A stretch of DNA of 38,991 nt from a bacterium (GCA_035693805.1 DASSGA010000073.1:1-38991), one strand, 5' to 3'. Positions 18,196 through 26,834 are shown, counted from the stretch's first letter. Program-made: numbers and translations. Notes: generated by a model from the sequence alone, not told the origin.

Positions 18196-20640
18196 GTGAG
18201 AGGCGGGCCGTACGATTTCGCCACGGTCGAAGCCCGGTGGCGGCGGGCCTGGGACGAGCAGGGCATCTACCGCACGCCCGAGCCGTCACCCCGGCCGAAG
18301 CAGTACGTCCTCGATTTCTTCCCGTACCCGTCCGGGGCGGGACTCTCCGTCGGCCACGCCAGGAACTACGTGCCGACCGACGTGCTCGCCCGGTACTTGC
18401 GCATGCGTGGGAATGCGGTGCTGCACCCCATGGGCTGGGATGCCTTCGGCCTGCCGGCTGAGAACGAAGCGCTGCTGCGCGGCCGGCATCCCGGGGAGAC
18501 GACGCGCGAGTACGCCGCGAACTACCGGGCTCAGCTCAGCCTGCTCGGGTGTTCGTACGACTGGTCGCGGGAGATCGCGACGAGCGATCCGGCCTTCTAC
18601 CGCTGGACCCAGTGGGGCTTCCTCCTGCTGCACCGGAGAGGACTGGCCTACCGTGCGGTGGGGTGGCAGTGGTGGTGCCCGAAGTGCCAGACCATCCTGG
18701 CCAACGAGCAGGTCGAAGCCGGGCGGTGCTGGCGCCACGGCGACACACCTGTGGAACGCCGGTCGCTCGAGCAATGGTACGTCCGCACGACTACCCTTGC
18801 TGACCGGCTGCTGCGAGACCTCGACGACCTGGACTGGCCCGAGCACGTCAAGACCATGCAGCGAAACTGGATCGGGCGCGCCGCGGGGGCCGAGATCCGC
18901 TTCCCCCTGCCGTGGGGCGGAGGGGAGATCGCCATCTTCACGACGCGTCCGGAGACGCTGCCGGCCGCGACCTTCATCGCACTCGCGCCCGAGCATCCCC
19001 GTGCGGTCGAGCTGGCCTCCTCCGATCGGCGAGCCGACGTGGAGCGCTTCGTCATGGGCGCCCTGCGCCGGACGGAGATCGAGCGGATGGTGGGCGCTGG
19101 GATCGCCCGCAGGGCGAATGGCGGGATGGCCGACGGCGGCGGCGCGGGCGGGATCTTCACCGGGGCATTCGCCGCCCACCCCACGAGCGGCGACCTCGTG
19201 CCGGTGTACGTAGCGGATTACGTGCTGGCCCACTACGGGACGGGCGCCGTGATGGGGGTTCCGGCCTGCGACGAGCGGGACGCGGTCTTTGCGCGCCGCT
19301 TCGGCCTGCCGGTGGGGACCGGCCGTCCCATCGGTGACCCTGACGGGGTGCTGGCCGACGTCGCGCGGCGCGGTGCCGGCGGTCCGGCCGTCCGCTACCG
19401 GATGCGGGACTGGCTGATCAGCCGCCAGCGGTACTGGGGCGCCCCGATCCCGATCGTGTACTGCGAGCGCTGCGGGACGGTGCGCGTCCCGGAGGATCAA
19501 CTCCCGGTTCGACTGCCAGAGGTTGCACGCTACGAGCCATCAGGCGACGGCCGCTCCCCTCTGGCAACCATTCCGGAGTTCGTCCACACCACGTGCCCTC
19601 AGTGCGCCGGTCCTGCCGAACGCGAGACGGACACGCTCGACGGCTTCGCGGATTCGAACTGGTATTTTCTTCGCTTTGCGGACGTCCGGTATGACACCGG
19701 TCCGTGGCATCCGGAGGCCACGGGCTACTGGCTGCCGGTGGACTGGTACATCGGCGGCGTCGAGCACGCCGTGATGCACCTGCTCTACGCCCGGTTCTTC
19801 ACCAAGGTCTTGCAGGACGCGGGACTCATCGCCTTCGGGGAGCCCTTCGTCCGGCTGCGCAACCAGGGCAGCATGCTCTCGCCGTCCGACGGCGCCAGGA
19901 TGAGCAAGTCCCGCGGCAACGTCGTGACCCCGGACGAGGTGGTCGCCCAGCACGGAGCGGATGCCTTGCGGCTGGCCGTGATGTTCATCGGCCCATTCGA
20001 TCAGGACGTCACCTGGGACCCGGACGCGGCGAGGGGGGCCGCGCGTTTCGTCCGCCGCCTTCACCTGCTGATCGCCCGGGCCGCGGAGGCCGCAGCCCGC
20101 CCCGCTCCGCCGGCCACAGGAGAGCCTCCGGGGGCTGAGGCGCCGCGCCGGCGGCTCCACCACGCGATCAGGACGGTAGGGGAGTTGATCGAAGGATTCC
20201 GGTTCAACGTGCTCGTCGCGGAGTTGATGACTCTGCTCAACGATCTCGAGCCCCTCGAGTCAGGCTGGGCGGGCACGCCCCAGTGGCGCGAGGCGATGCT
20301 GATGCTTGTCCGGATCATCGCGCCGGTCACCCCATTCCTTGCGGAGGAGGCCTGGGCCATGCTCGGTGGGGAGGGAAGTGTTCACCAGAGCAGTTGGCCC
20401 AAGGGTGACCCGGCGCTCACGGCGGAGGGGGACGCGGAAGCGACCATCGTCGTCCAGGTGGACGGGCGCGTGCGCGATCGCATCGTGGTGAAGGGGATCC
20501 CGGACCGGGACGTCCTCATCGAGGCCGCCCGGGGGCGGGAGAGGATCGCCTCGGTGCTCGCGGGGCGTGACGTGGTGGATGTCGTGGTGATCCCCGGCCG
20601 CGTGGTCAACTTCGTCACAGCGAGACGGGGGGAGAGGTAA
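18196..20640 (+). CDS. leucyl-tRNA synthetase paralog with variant signature motifs
   Basis: 814 aa intact ORF, collinear with bacterial LeuRS (WDAFGLPAEN, CPKCQTILANEQV, TTRPET, RDWLISRQRYWG, GGVEHAVMHLLYARFF). HIGH reads SVGH (18346-18357), KMSKS reads RMSKS (19897-19911), the editing-site motif reads GVPACDERD. Confidence 0.88.
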   Translation: MRGGPYDFATVEARWRRAWDEQGIYRTPEPSPRPKQYVLDFFPYPSGAGLSVGHARNYVPTDVLARYLRMRGNAVLHPMGWDAFGLPAENEALLRGRHPGETTREYAANYRAQLSLLGCSYDWSREIATSDPAFYRWTQWGFLLLHRRGLAYRAVGWQWWCPKCQTILANEQVEAGRCWRHGDTPVERRSLEQWYVRTTTLADRLLRDLDDLDWPEHVKTMQRNWIGRAAGAEIRFPLPWGGGEIAIFTTRPETLPAATFIALAPEHPRAVELASSDRRADVERFVMGALRRTEIERMVGAGIARRANGGMADGGGAGGIFTGAFAAHPTSGDLVPVYVADYVLAHYGTGAVMGVPACDERDAVFARRFGLPVGTGRPIGDPDGVLADVARRGAGGPAVRYRMRDWLISRQRYWGAPIPIVYCERCGTVRVPEDQLPVRLPEVARYEPSGDGRSPLATIPEFVHTTCPQCAGPAERETDTLDGFADSNWYFLRFADVRYDTGPWHPEATGYWLPVDWYIGGVEHAVMHLLYARFFTKVLQDAGLIAFGEPFVRLRNQGSMLSPSDGARMSKSRGNVVTPDEVVAQHGADALRLAVMFIGPFDQDVTWDPDAARGAARFVRRLHLLIARAAEAAARPAPPATGEPPGAEAPRRRLHHAIRTVGELIEGFRFNVLVAELMTLLNDLEPLESGWAGTPQWREAMLMLVRIIAPVTPFLAEEAWAMLGGEGSVHQSSWPKGDPALTAEGDAEATIVVQVDGRVRDRIVVKGIPDRDVLIEAARGRERIASVLAGRDVVDVVVIPGRVVNFVTARRGER

Positions 20641-20651
20641 CCTCTCCCCCC
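20627..20651. terminator. 11-bp perfect GC-rich palindrome between convergent genes (possible bidirectional terminator)
   Basis: GGGGGGAGAGG-TAA-CCTCTCCCCCC, with the leuS-paralog stop codon in the loop. No U-tract on either side. Confidence 0.4.
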
Positions 20652-20674
20652 GCGCGTGCGACGTGCGATACAGG

Positions 20675-21940
20675 TCAGCGGCCGGCTTCAGGTCCGACCA
20701 GTACCGTGAACTGGCGCTGGGCCTGGCCCAGCCGGCTGTGCGTCGACGTCACCGTGATCAGGTAGGGTGAGTTGGGCGCGATGACGTTGATCGGGACCTG
20801 CATGCTGAACCGGCCGCGCGGTCCGGCCGTGGCGGTCCCCCGTCCGACCGGGACGCCGAGGAACCAGCTCACGGCCACCTCGACGCGGGACCCGGCCGCC
20901 GTGGTACCGCTCACGCGGATCGGGCTGCCCACGGTCTGGCCTTCACGAGGCTCGGTGACCGTGAGCGTTATGTCGCTCGTCGGGATCTGGGCGGCGCCGG
21001 TGATGATGTTCGCCTCCCAGGCTTCCTTCGTGCTCGGATTCAGGCGGAGTTCCACGACCTGACCCGCCCGCAGAGCCGCGACGCCCCCGGCCTGGACCTG
21101 GCCGTTGGCCAGGACCACCAGATTCGGGACGAACCGGATGGCCCGGCCGTCGGTCAGCACGATGGTGCGGCTGGTCGAGGCGATGGCCTCGATGCGTCCG
21201 CTCGTCTCTGTGGTCGTGGCCCGAATGCGCGTGGCCACCTCACCAGACAGGGTCACCTCGACCTCATCGCCGGGGCGCAGGGCCGCGACGCCCACCGCGC
21301 CGCCCCTCCCCGACGCGCTGTCGATGCGGGTGATCGCGGTGTCGGTGTTGATCCGGAGCGTGTAGGCGACAGTGCCGGATTCGACGACGATCCGCGGCTG
21401 ATCCTGAGCCGACTGAGCCAGGATCACGTTCGTGATCGTGCCGCGGATACTGCTCGTCTGGGGCGGGGCCGGCGGCTGGGTCACGGGCGGCTGCTGGGCC
21501 GGCTGACCGCCCGTTCCGCTCGTGATCAGGACCGTGCGGGTCTCGGGCTGCCACGTGACGGTGGCCCCCAGCGACTCGCTGATGAAGCGCAGCGGCACCA
21601 GGGTCCGGGCGCCGATGATCGCGGCCGGGACGTCGAGCGTCACGGGCCGCCCGTCTACGCGGGCGATGCGGCTGCCGATCTGGAGCTCAACGAGGGTGCT
21701 CGCACGGGCGGCGAGCACCGTCCGGGTCTGGGGACGCCACTCGACGGTGGCCCCCATCTGCTCGAAGATGCCGCGCAGCGGCACGAGCACGCGGCTGCCC
21801 TGGATGACGGGCGGCTGGTCGAACGCGACGGGCGAGCCGTCGACGAAGACCCGGACCGCCCCCTGGGCGATGACAGGAAGGCTGATCGCGGCGACAGCTA
21901 CGATCGCCGCCAGTACCACGGTGGAGCCTCGGAGTCGCAT
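20675..21940 (-). CDS. secreted protein with copper-amine-oxidase N-terminal (stalk) domains, Pro-rich linker and Ig-like C-terminal region
   Basis: Signal peptide, then two repeats of the V.V.G......P.I..GR.LVPLR.I.E.LGA.V.W...T.TV motif, then linker QPPVTQPPAPPQ. AGGAGGA SD spacing favours the 4th-codon ATG (21940) over 21949. Confidence 0.7.
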   Translation of the reverse strand: MRLRGSTVVLAAIVAVAAISLPVIAQGAVRVFVDGSPVAFDQPPVIQGSRVLVPLRGIFEQMGATVEWRPQTRTVLAARASTLVELQIGSRIARVDGRPVTLDVPAAIIGARTLVPLRFISESLGATVTWQPETRTVLITSGTGGQPAQQPPVTQPPAPPQTSSIRGTITNVILAQSAQDQPRIVVESGTVAYTLRINTDTAITRIDSASGRGGAVGVAALRPGDEVEVTLSGEVATRIRATTTETSGRIEAIASTSRTIVLTDGRAIRFVPNLVVLANGQVQAGGVAALRAGQVVELRLNPSTKEAWEANIITGAAQIPTSDITLTVTEPREGQTVGSPIRVSGTTAAGSRVEVAVSWFLGVPVGRGTATAGPRGRFSMQVPINVIAPNSPYLITVTSTHSRLGQAQRQFTVLVGPEAGR

Positions 21941-22020
21941 ACAGATCATTCCTCCTATTCGAGCATGGTCTGGTGCGGGCGACCCGTGCGCCGCGCCGCC
22001 TCGCTTGCTGCTGACAAGAC

Positions 22021-22052
22021 GACAGCCCGGCAGCCAGAGGCCCCGGGCTGTC
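22021..22052 (-). terminator. hairpin downstream of the small secreted-protein gene
   Basis: GACAGCCCGG / CCGGGCTGTC 10-bp stem with a 12-nt loop. Only a weak U-rich tail on the minus strand. Confidence 0.35.
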
Positions 22053-22073
22053 GATGCTGTCGCGCGGGGCGAC

Positions 22074-22319
22074 CTAGGGCGGCCCCGCGGCCGCGAGCTG
22101 CTCGTTCACCAGTCGAACGGCCTCGGCCCGCGTGATCCAGTTCCCGGACTGCTGGAACGTCAGCCAGCGCAGGTACTCGGGGAGCGACATGTAGTTCGCT
22201 TCGGCCGAGAATGGGTCAAGGTTCGCGACGTTGGGAACCTGCTGCGCGAACGCCGGAGCGATCGCGCCGGTCAGGAGCAACAGGGTCAGCACCAGCACGA
22301 TGATGCCTCGATGGCTCAT
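22074..22319 (-). CDS. small secreted hypothetical protein
   Basis: 81 aa. Strong SD (AGGAGGAGGG) upstream. Signal peptide IIVLVLTLLLLTGAIAPAFA|QQ. No family recognised. Confidence 0.55.
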   Translation of the reverse strand: MSHRGIIVLVLTLLLLTGAIAPAFAQQVPNVANLDPFSAEANYMSLPEYLRWLTFQQSGNWITRAEAVRLVNEQLAAAGPP

Positions 22320-22411
22320 GTGTCTCTTCCCTCCTCCTACAGTGTGTGACGCGGTCCTTCGCAGTCCGCGCGGTTGGATTTATCCCCCGGCCCGGCGGCC
22401 ATCAAACTTCG

Positions 22412-22435
22412 TGAATCACGCGCTGAATCACGCGC
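22412..22435. repeat. perfect 12-nt tandem direct repeat (TGAATCACGCGC x2) in a divergent intergenic region
   Basis: Read directly: TGAATCACGCGC at 22412-22423 and again at 22424-22435, between the minus-strand small gene and the plus-strand anti-sigma/sigma operon. Confidence 0.9.
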
Positions 22436-22608
22436 CGGGAAACCGTGCGGTTCGAGCCATCGTCTTGGGGGAAAAAGCATTTGGTTAGGGGAAGAGATGG
22501 TAGCTGATACGTCGCCCCCCGTTCCAGGTGTTGCCGCGGCGGCTGTGGGGGGAAATTCCCCGGCGGTGATCCCCCCGTGCGCCAACGCCGCCTCAAGCGA
22601 GAGGACAG

Positions 22609-23001
22609 GTGAACCTCGTGGACCAGCACCCAGCGACCGAGCACATCGAGCTCACTGTGCCCGGCCGTCCGGAGTACGTCGTCGTCGTCCGGCTGGCCGC
22701 GGCGGCCATCGCCGGGCGCATGGCCTTTTCCTTCGACGACATCGAGGATCTCAAGGTGGCCGTGGGCGAGGTCTGCACCGCGGCCATCCTCGAGGGCGGG
22801 CCGAGCGTGCGCATCACGTTCGAGGTGGCGACCGAAGCGCTCAGCGTGACGGTCCGCCACCACGCCGCGCGCCCCCGCCGGCATGCGGCGGAGGAGGAGC
22901 TCGACAAGCTGCTCGTGCGTGTGCTGATGGACGAGGTTGCCACCGACGCCGACGGAGGGGAGCGAATCACCCGGCTCGTCAAGCGCACCACAGCCACATA
23001 A
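22609..23001 (+). CDS. RsbW/SpoIIAB-like anti-sigma factor with degenerate ATP-binding motifs
   Basis: 130 aa immediately upstream of a SigB/F-type sigma gene (3-nt gap). HATPase-like N-region (IELTVPGRPEYVVVVRLAAAAIA, VAVGEVCTAAILEG), but the N-box Asn/His and the DxGxG G-boxes are not evident. The GTG start is uncertain (22609 or 22618). Confidence 0.6.
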   Translation: MNLVDQHPATEHIELTVPGRPEYVVVVRLAAAAIAGRMAFSFDDIEDLKVAVGEVCTAAILEGGPSVRITFEVATEALSVTVRHHAARPRRHAAEEELDKLLVRVLMDEVATDADGGERITRLVKRTTAT

Positions 23002-23003
23002 GC

Positions 23004-23771
23004 ATGGCCACCCGATCGAGCAAGCACCGCCAGGACAAAGAGGCGCTCCGCGCGCAGTTCGTCAAGTTCGCGGAGACCCGCGATGCAGCGATCCGCGAGT
23101 CGCTCGTCCTGGCGTACAGCAGCCTGGCCGCCTACATGGCGCGCAAGTTCGCGAACCGCGGGGAGCCCCTGGACGATCTCACCCAGGTGGCGAGCATCGG
23201 CCTGCTCAAAGCGATCGACCGCTTCGACCCGACGCGCGGCATCGAATTCACCACATATGCCACGGTGACGATTGTCGGCGAGATCAAGCGCCACTTCCGC
23301 GACAAGTTCTGGACGGTCCGCGTGCCGCGGCGGCTGCGCGAGCTGAACAACTCGCTGATGAAATCCATGGAGTCCCTGTCGCAGCGCCTGGGCCGCTCGC
23401 CGACACTGCAGGAGATCGCGGAGGAGTCGCGGGTCCCCTTCGAGGAAGTCGTCGAGGCCTTCGAGCTCGGCCGCGCCTACAACCCGGCCTCACTCGATGC
23501 GGAGCTGGCCGAGGGCGACGAGGACCACGGCACCTCGCTCATGGACTACCTCGGCGGAGATGATCCCGAGCTCGCCCGGCTGGAGGACCGCCACACGCTG
23601 GAAGGCGCCCTGCGCACGCTGCCGGAGCGGCAGCACGAGATTCTGCGGCTGCGCTACTACGAGGGGCTCTCGCAGGCGGAGATCGCACGCCAGCTCGGCA
23701 TCTCGCAGATGCACGTCTCGCGCATCCAGCGTGACGCGCTGAAGCGCCTCAAGGAGCTCATCGAGGCTTAG
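23004..23771 (+). CDS. group-3 sigma factor (SigB/SigF/SigG family)
   Basis: ATG 23004 within the long track ORF 22374..23771. Region 2 DDLTQVASIGLLKAIDRFDP..FTTYA, region 3, and region 4 LSQAEIARQLGISQMHVSRIQ. Confidence 0.9.
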   Translation: MATRSSKHRQDKEALRAQFVKFAETRDAAIRESLVLAYSSLAAYMARKFANRGEPLDDLTQVASIGLLKAIDRFDPTRGIEFTTYATVTIVGEIKRHFRDKFWTVRVPRRLRELNNSLMKSMESLSQRLGRSPTLQEIAEESRVPFEEVVEAFELGRAYNPASLDAELAEGDEDHGTSLMDYLGGDDPELARLEDRHTLEGALRTLPERQHEILRLRYYEGLSQAEIARQLGISQMHVSRIQRDALKRLKELIEA

Positions 23772-26433
23772 CGCCGAGCCAGACGAGCTCCACCGAGGTT
23801 CCCTCAGCGCCCGTCTCGACGTTCACCTCGTCGGCGAACTGCCGCATGATGCGCAGGCCGCGCCCGCGGCCGCGCTCGACGGGTTCGCGCCACTCCCCCA
23901 CATCACGCACCGTGACGACGAGAGCGTCTCCGCGCCGCTCTCCCCTGACGTGCAGCTGCCCCCCCGCGGCCCGGTAGGCGTGCTCGACCGTGTTCAGCGC
24001 CGCCTCGCCCACAGCGAAGACGATCTCCTCTGCCCGCTCGGGCCGGATCCCGCAGCGCTCCGCGAAGGCTCGCACGGCGCGGCGAACCCGGTGCAGCGAT
24101 TCCGGGGTGGCTGGGACGCTGAACGACAGCGGGGCGTCGGCGGGGAGGAGGTCCACCACGACAATGGCCGTGTCGTCTTCGTGCCGATGGCTGCCGAGCA
24201 CGAGGTCGGCGAGCCGCTGCGCCGTGCGGGTCGGGGGCTCGGCGCGGGTCTCCTCGGACGCCTCGATGAGCCGCCGCTCGCTCCCCGCGATGTCGCGGGT
24301 GGCTTCCAGCAACCCATCCGTGCAGGCGATCAGCCGCGTGCCTGGCGGGAGCTGCAGGCGCCGTTCAGGATAGGCCAGCGTGGTCATCAGCCCGACCGGC
24401 GGGGCGGCGCAGGACACAGGGTCGGGTGGGTCTTCCGGGCGCAGGATGAGCACCGGAGGGTGGCCACCGCCGGCGTGTGTGAACGCGCCGGTATAGGGGT
24501 CGAGCGTGGCGATCCACACCGACAGCTGGGGGCCGTCCGGGAGGCGGCAGAGGAAGCGGTTGAGCGTCGAGACGATCTCTCCCGGACCGCGTCCCTCGAG
24601 CGCGTAGGCGCGGACGATGTGCCGCACCTGGCCCATCGCGGCGGCGGCCTGCACCCCGTGCCCGGCGATGTCACCCATGCTGAGGAGGATGGTGTCATCC
24701 GGCAGGATGAGCGCGTCGTACCAATCGCCGCCGATGCCCGCCTCAGGATCGGCCGGGAGGTAGAACGCGCCGATCGCCGTGAATGGCGGCTCGGGCAGCC
24801 CGGCCGGCAGGAGGGCGCGCTGCAGCGTCTCGGAGAGCTCTCCGGCCCTTCGCTGCACCTGGTCGAACAACTGAAAGCGAGAGACCGTGAGCGCGAGTTG
24901 ATCGGCGATGGGCTGGGCAAGTCGCGCGTCGGACTCGGTGTACGCTCCGGGGCGCTCATGGCCGAAGTTCAGCGTTCCGATGACACGGCCGCCGACGCGC
25001 ATCGGGACGACCAGGTAGGACCGGATTCCGGTTTCGCCGAGGAGAGTGTCCTCGGAGAACTCGTCCACCGCGGCGGTGTCGGTACGGATGTGGGGGCGAC
25101 CGTGATCGATCACCCAGCCGCGGGCCGTCCCCTCTTTGGGCCCCTCCAACCGCTGGGATGGGCCCGTCAGGGGCGATCCCTTGACATATGGCACCGTCAG
25201 GATGCCCTTGTCGGGGACGTGCAGCGACACGGAGACACGCACGAACGAAATCAGCATCCGCAGCGCGTCGGCGAATTCGTCGAAGACGTCGCCCAGGTCG
25301 ACCGCCGACGCGGCGAGGCCGATTAACGTGTTAATCGCGTTCACGCGGCGCGCGGACTCCTCGGCTTCGGCCCGCGCCTGCTGCTCCGCGGCGTACAGAT
25401 GCGCGGTATCGATCGCCCGCGCGGCACGGCGCGCGATCTCCTCGGCGAGGGACAGGTCATCTGCAGTGAACCGGCGGCCGGACGGGCCCGAGACGAAGGA
25501 CATCACCCCGAAGACCCGGCCCCGTAAGGCCACTGGCACGATCATGTGCGCGCGGATGTCCAGCGCGCGCAGCAGCGCCAGGTGGTCGGCATCGTGTGCG
25601 CGCGCGCGCAGGTCGTCGTCCGTGATCGTTTCCTGCAGGATCGACCCACCACTACGGATGACCTGGAACAGCGGGTGCGGCGGTTGGGTATCCGGGGAAG
25701 GGGGGTAGCGGCGGCGCAGCTCCCGGGCCAGCTCTTCCCGGGCCGGGGCGACGTGGGCGAGCGCCACCTGCCGCAGCGTCCCATCGTCGCCGAGCACATC
25801 CACCAGGCACCAGTCCGCGACCGCGGGCACGATCAGTCGCACGACGTTCGCGAGCGTGGTCTCGTAGTCGAGGGACGTGGCCAGGATGCGACTGGCCTCC
25901 GCAACGATCCCCAGGCGGCGCCTCGCCCGCTCCGCCTCGGCCAGCGCCTCGGCATCGACCTCGGCGCGCCGGGCGAGCTGGATGGGACCGCTGAGGAGCG
26001 AGCCCGCCCGCTGTAACAGGGTGAGGTCCGCTGCGGAGAAGGCGTCCGGTTCAGTGGAATCCACCTCGAGCAGCCCGAAGGGTTTCCCCCGCCAGGCCAG
26101 AGGGACGGCGAGGTAGGAGCGGATCGGCGTCGTGCGGCGGAGCCCTTCGGCCACGACGTCCCCTGAGAGGAATGGCTCCCCGGTTTCGATGACCTGCCAC
26201 GACCGGCCGCTGCCGCGGTTCACACGCTGTCCCTGGGCGTCGGCGGCGAAGGGACCGACCGCGGCCTGGACGACCAGCGCGTCGCCATCCACAAGGGCGA
26301 TGGATCCGCCGGTGAACGGGATAGCCCGGGCGAGGTGCTCGAGCGCCGCGTCGAGGATGCGGTCGAGGTCCGATTCACCCGAGGCGGCGAGGGCGATGGC
26401 GTTGAGCAGCTCGATCTCGCGAGGGTCCGCCAT
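23758..26433 (-). CDS. 3xGAF - PP2C (SpoIIE/RsbU-type) phosphatase - RsbW-like HATPase fusion protein
   Basis: 891 aa. Three GAF-like blocks. PP2C core (GGDWYDAL, MGDIAGHG, ACTDGLLEA). C-terminal kinase-like domain with N-box EAALNTVEHA and G-box GRGRGL. 14-nt convergent overlap with the sigma gene. Confidence 0.88.
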   Translation of the reverse strand: MADPREIELLNAIALAASGESDLDRILDAALEHLARAIPFTGGSIALVDGDALVVQAAVGPFAADAQGQRVNRGSGRSWQVIETGEPFLSGDVVAEGLRRTTPIRSYLAVPLAWRGKPFGLLEVDSTEPDAFSAADLTLLQRAGSLLSGPIQLARRAEVDAEALAEAERARRRLGIVAEASRILATSLDYETTLANVVRLIVPAVADWCLVDVLGDDGTLRQVALAHVAPAREELARELRRRYPPSPDTQPPHPLFQVIRSGGSILQETITDDDLRARAHDADHLALLRALDIRAHMIVPVALRGRVFGVMSFVSGPSGRRFTADDLSLAEEIARRAARAIDTAHLYAAEQQARAEAEESARRVNAINTLIGLAASAVDLGDVFDEFADALRMLISFVRVSVSLHVPDKGILTVPYVKGSPLTGPSQRLEGPKEGTARGWVIDHGRPHIRTDTAAVDEFSEDTLLGETGIRSYLVVPMRVGGRVIGTLNFGHERPGAYTESDARLAQPIADQLALTVSRFQLFDQVQRRAGELSETLQRALLPAGLPEPPFTAIGAFYLPADPEAGIGGDWYDALILPDDTILLSMGDIAGHGVQAAAAMGQVRHIVRAYALEGRGPGEIVSTLNRFLCRLPDGPQLSVWIATLDPYTGAFTHAGGGHPPVLILRPEDPPDPVSCAAPPVGLMTTLAYPERRLQLPPGTRLIACTDGLLEATRDIAGSERRLIEASEETRAEPPTRTAQRLADLVLGSHRHEDDTAIVVVDLLPADAPLSFSVPATPESLHRVRRAVRAFAERCGIRPERAEEIVFAVGEAALNTVEHAYRAAGGQLHVRGERRGDALVVTVRDVGEWREPVERGRGRGLRIMRQFADEVNVETGAEGTSVELVWLGAKPR

Positions 26434-26468
26434 GGCCCCCTGGTTCAGGGGGTGAGGCCCGGCGGGGA

Positions 26469-26834
26469 TCAGGACCGCGCGTCCGCGGACCAGGAGCGAG
26501 CAGCGCTGATGGCCTCAGGCTCGCCACGGAACACGGGGAACACTTCGTGGAGTCCTGTGATCGTGAAGATCTTCTCGATCTGGGGCTGATTGTACACGAG
26601 CGCGACGGTGCCCCCGGCGTCCCGGGCCTGCTTGAGCGCCGAGGTCAGGACGGATAGGGCCGTGCTGTCGAGATAGGTCGTGTTGAGCAGGTTGATCACC
26701 AGCCGGGCACGGCCCCCGGCCAGCACCTCCTGGATGGCCGCACGGAGCTTGGGGGAGGTGTAGATGTCGAGCTCACCGCGAACGTCGAGGATCTCCACGC
26801 CGGACTCTGACCGCCGGTGCAGCTGCACTTCCAC
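26469..26834 (-). CDS. STAS-domain anti-sigma-factor antagonist (RsbV/SpoIIAA family)
   Basis: GTG 26834 preceded by GGGAGGG. ILDVRGELDIYTSPKLR, phosphorylatable-loop YLDSTALSVL, and ITGL..VFPVF. 35 nt upstream of the PP2C fusion gene. Confidence 0.85.
   Translation of the reverse strand: MEVQLHRRSESGVEILDVRGELDIYTSPKLRAAIQEVLAGGRARLVINLLNTTYLDSTALSVLTSALKQARDAGGTVALVYNQPQIEKIFTITGLHEVFPVFRGEPEAISAARSWSADARS

Noticed and set aside
18286-19500. 404-aa minus-strand ORF and several plus-strand out-of-frame ORFs within the leuS paralog
   Set aside because: They overlap a collinear, motif-rich LeuRS frame, and their own translations are compositionally biased with no family resemblance.
18196-20640. 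Second leuS as a pseudogene
   Set aside because: It is an uninterrupted 814-codon frame with most LeuRS blocks, zinc-binding cysteines and the C-terminal domain conserved. Only the signature motifs are variant, so it is reported as a divergent paralog instead.
22374-23003. N-terminal 210-aa extension of the sigma-factor ORF (track ORF 22374..23771)
   Set aside because: The extension is Arg/Gly/Ala-rich junk that overlaps the rsbW-like CDS in another frame. Sigma-factor homology begins only at ATG 23004, right after the rsbW-like stop.
23950-25326. 458-aa plus-strand ORF opposite the GAF-PP2C-HATPase gene
   Set aside because: It is antisense to a CDS with clear PP2C and HATPase motifs. No SD and no motifs of its own.
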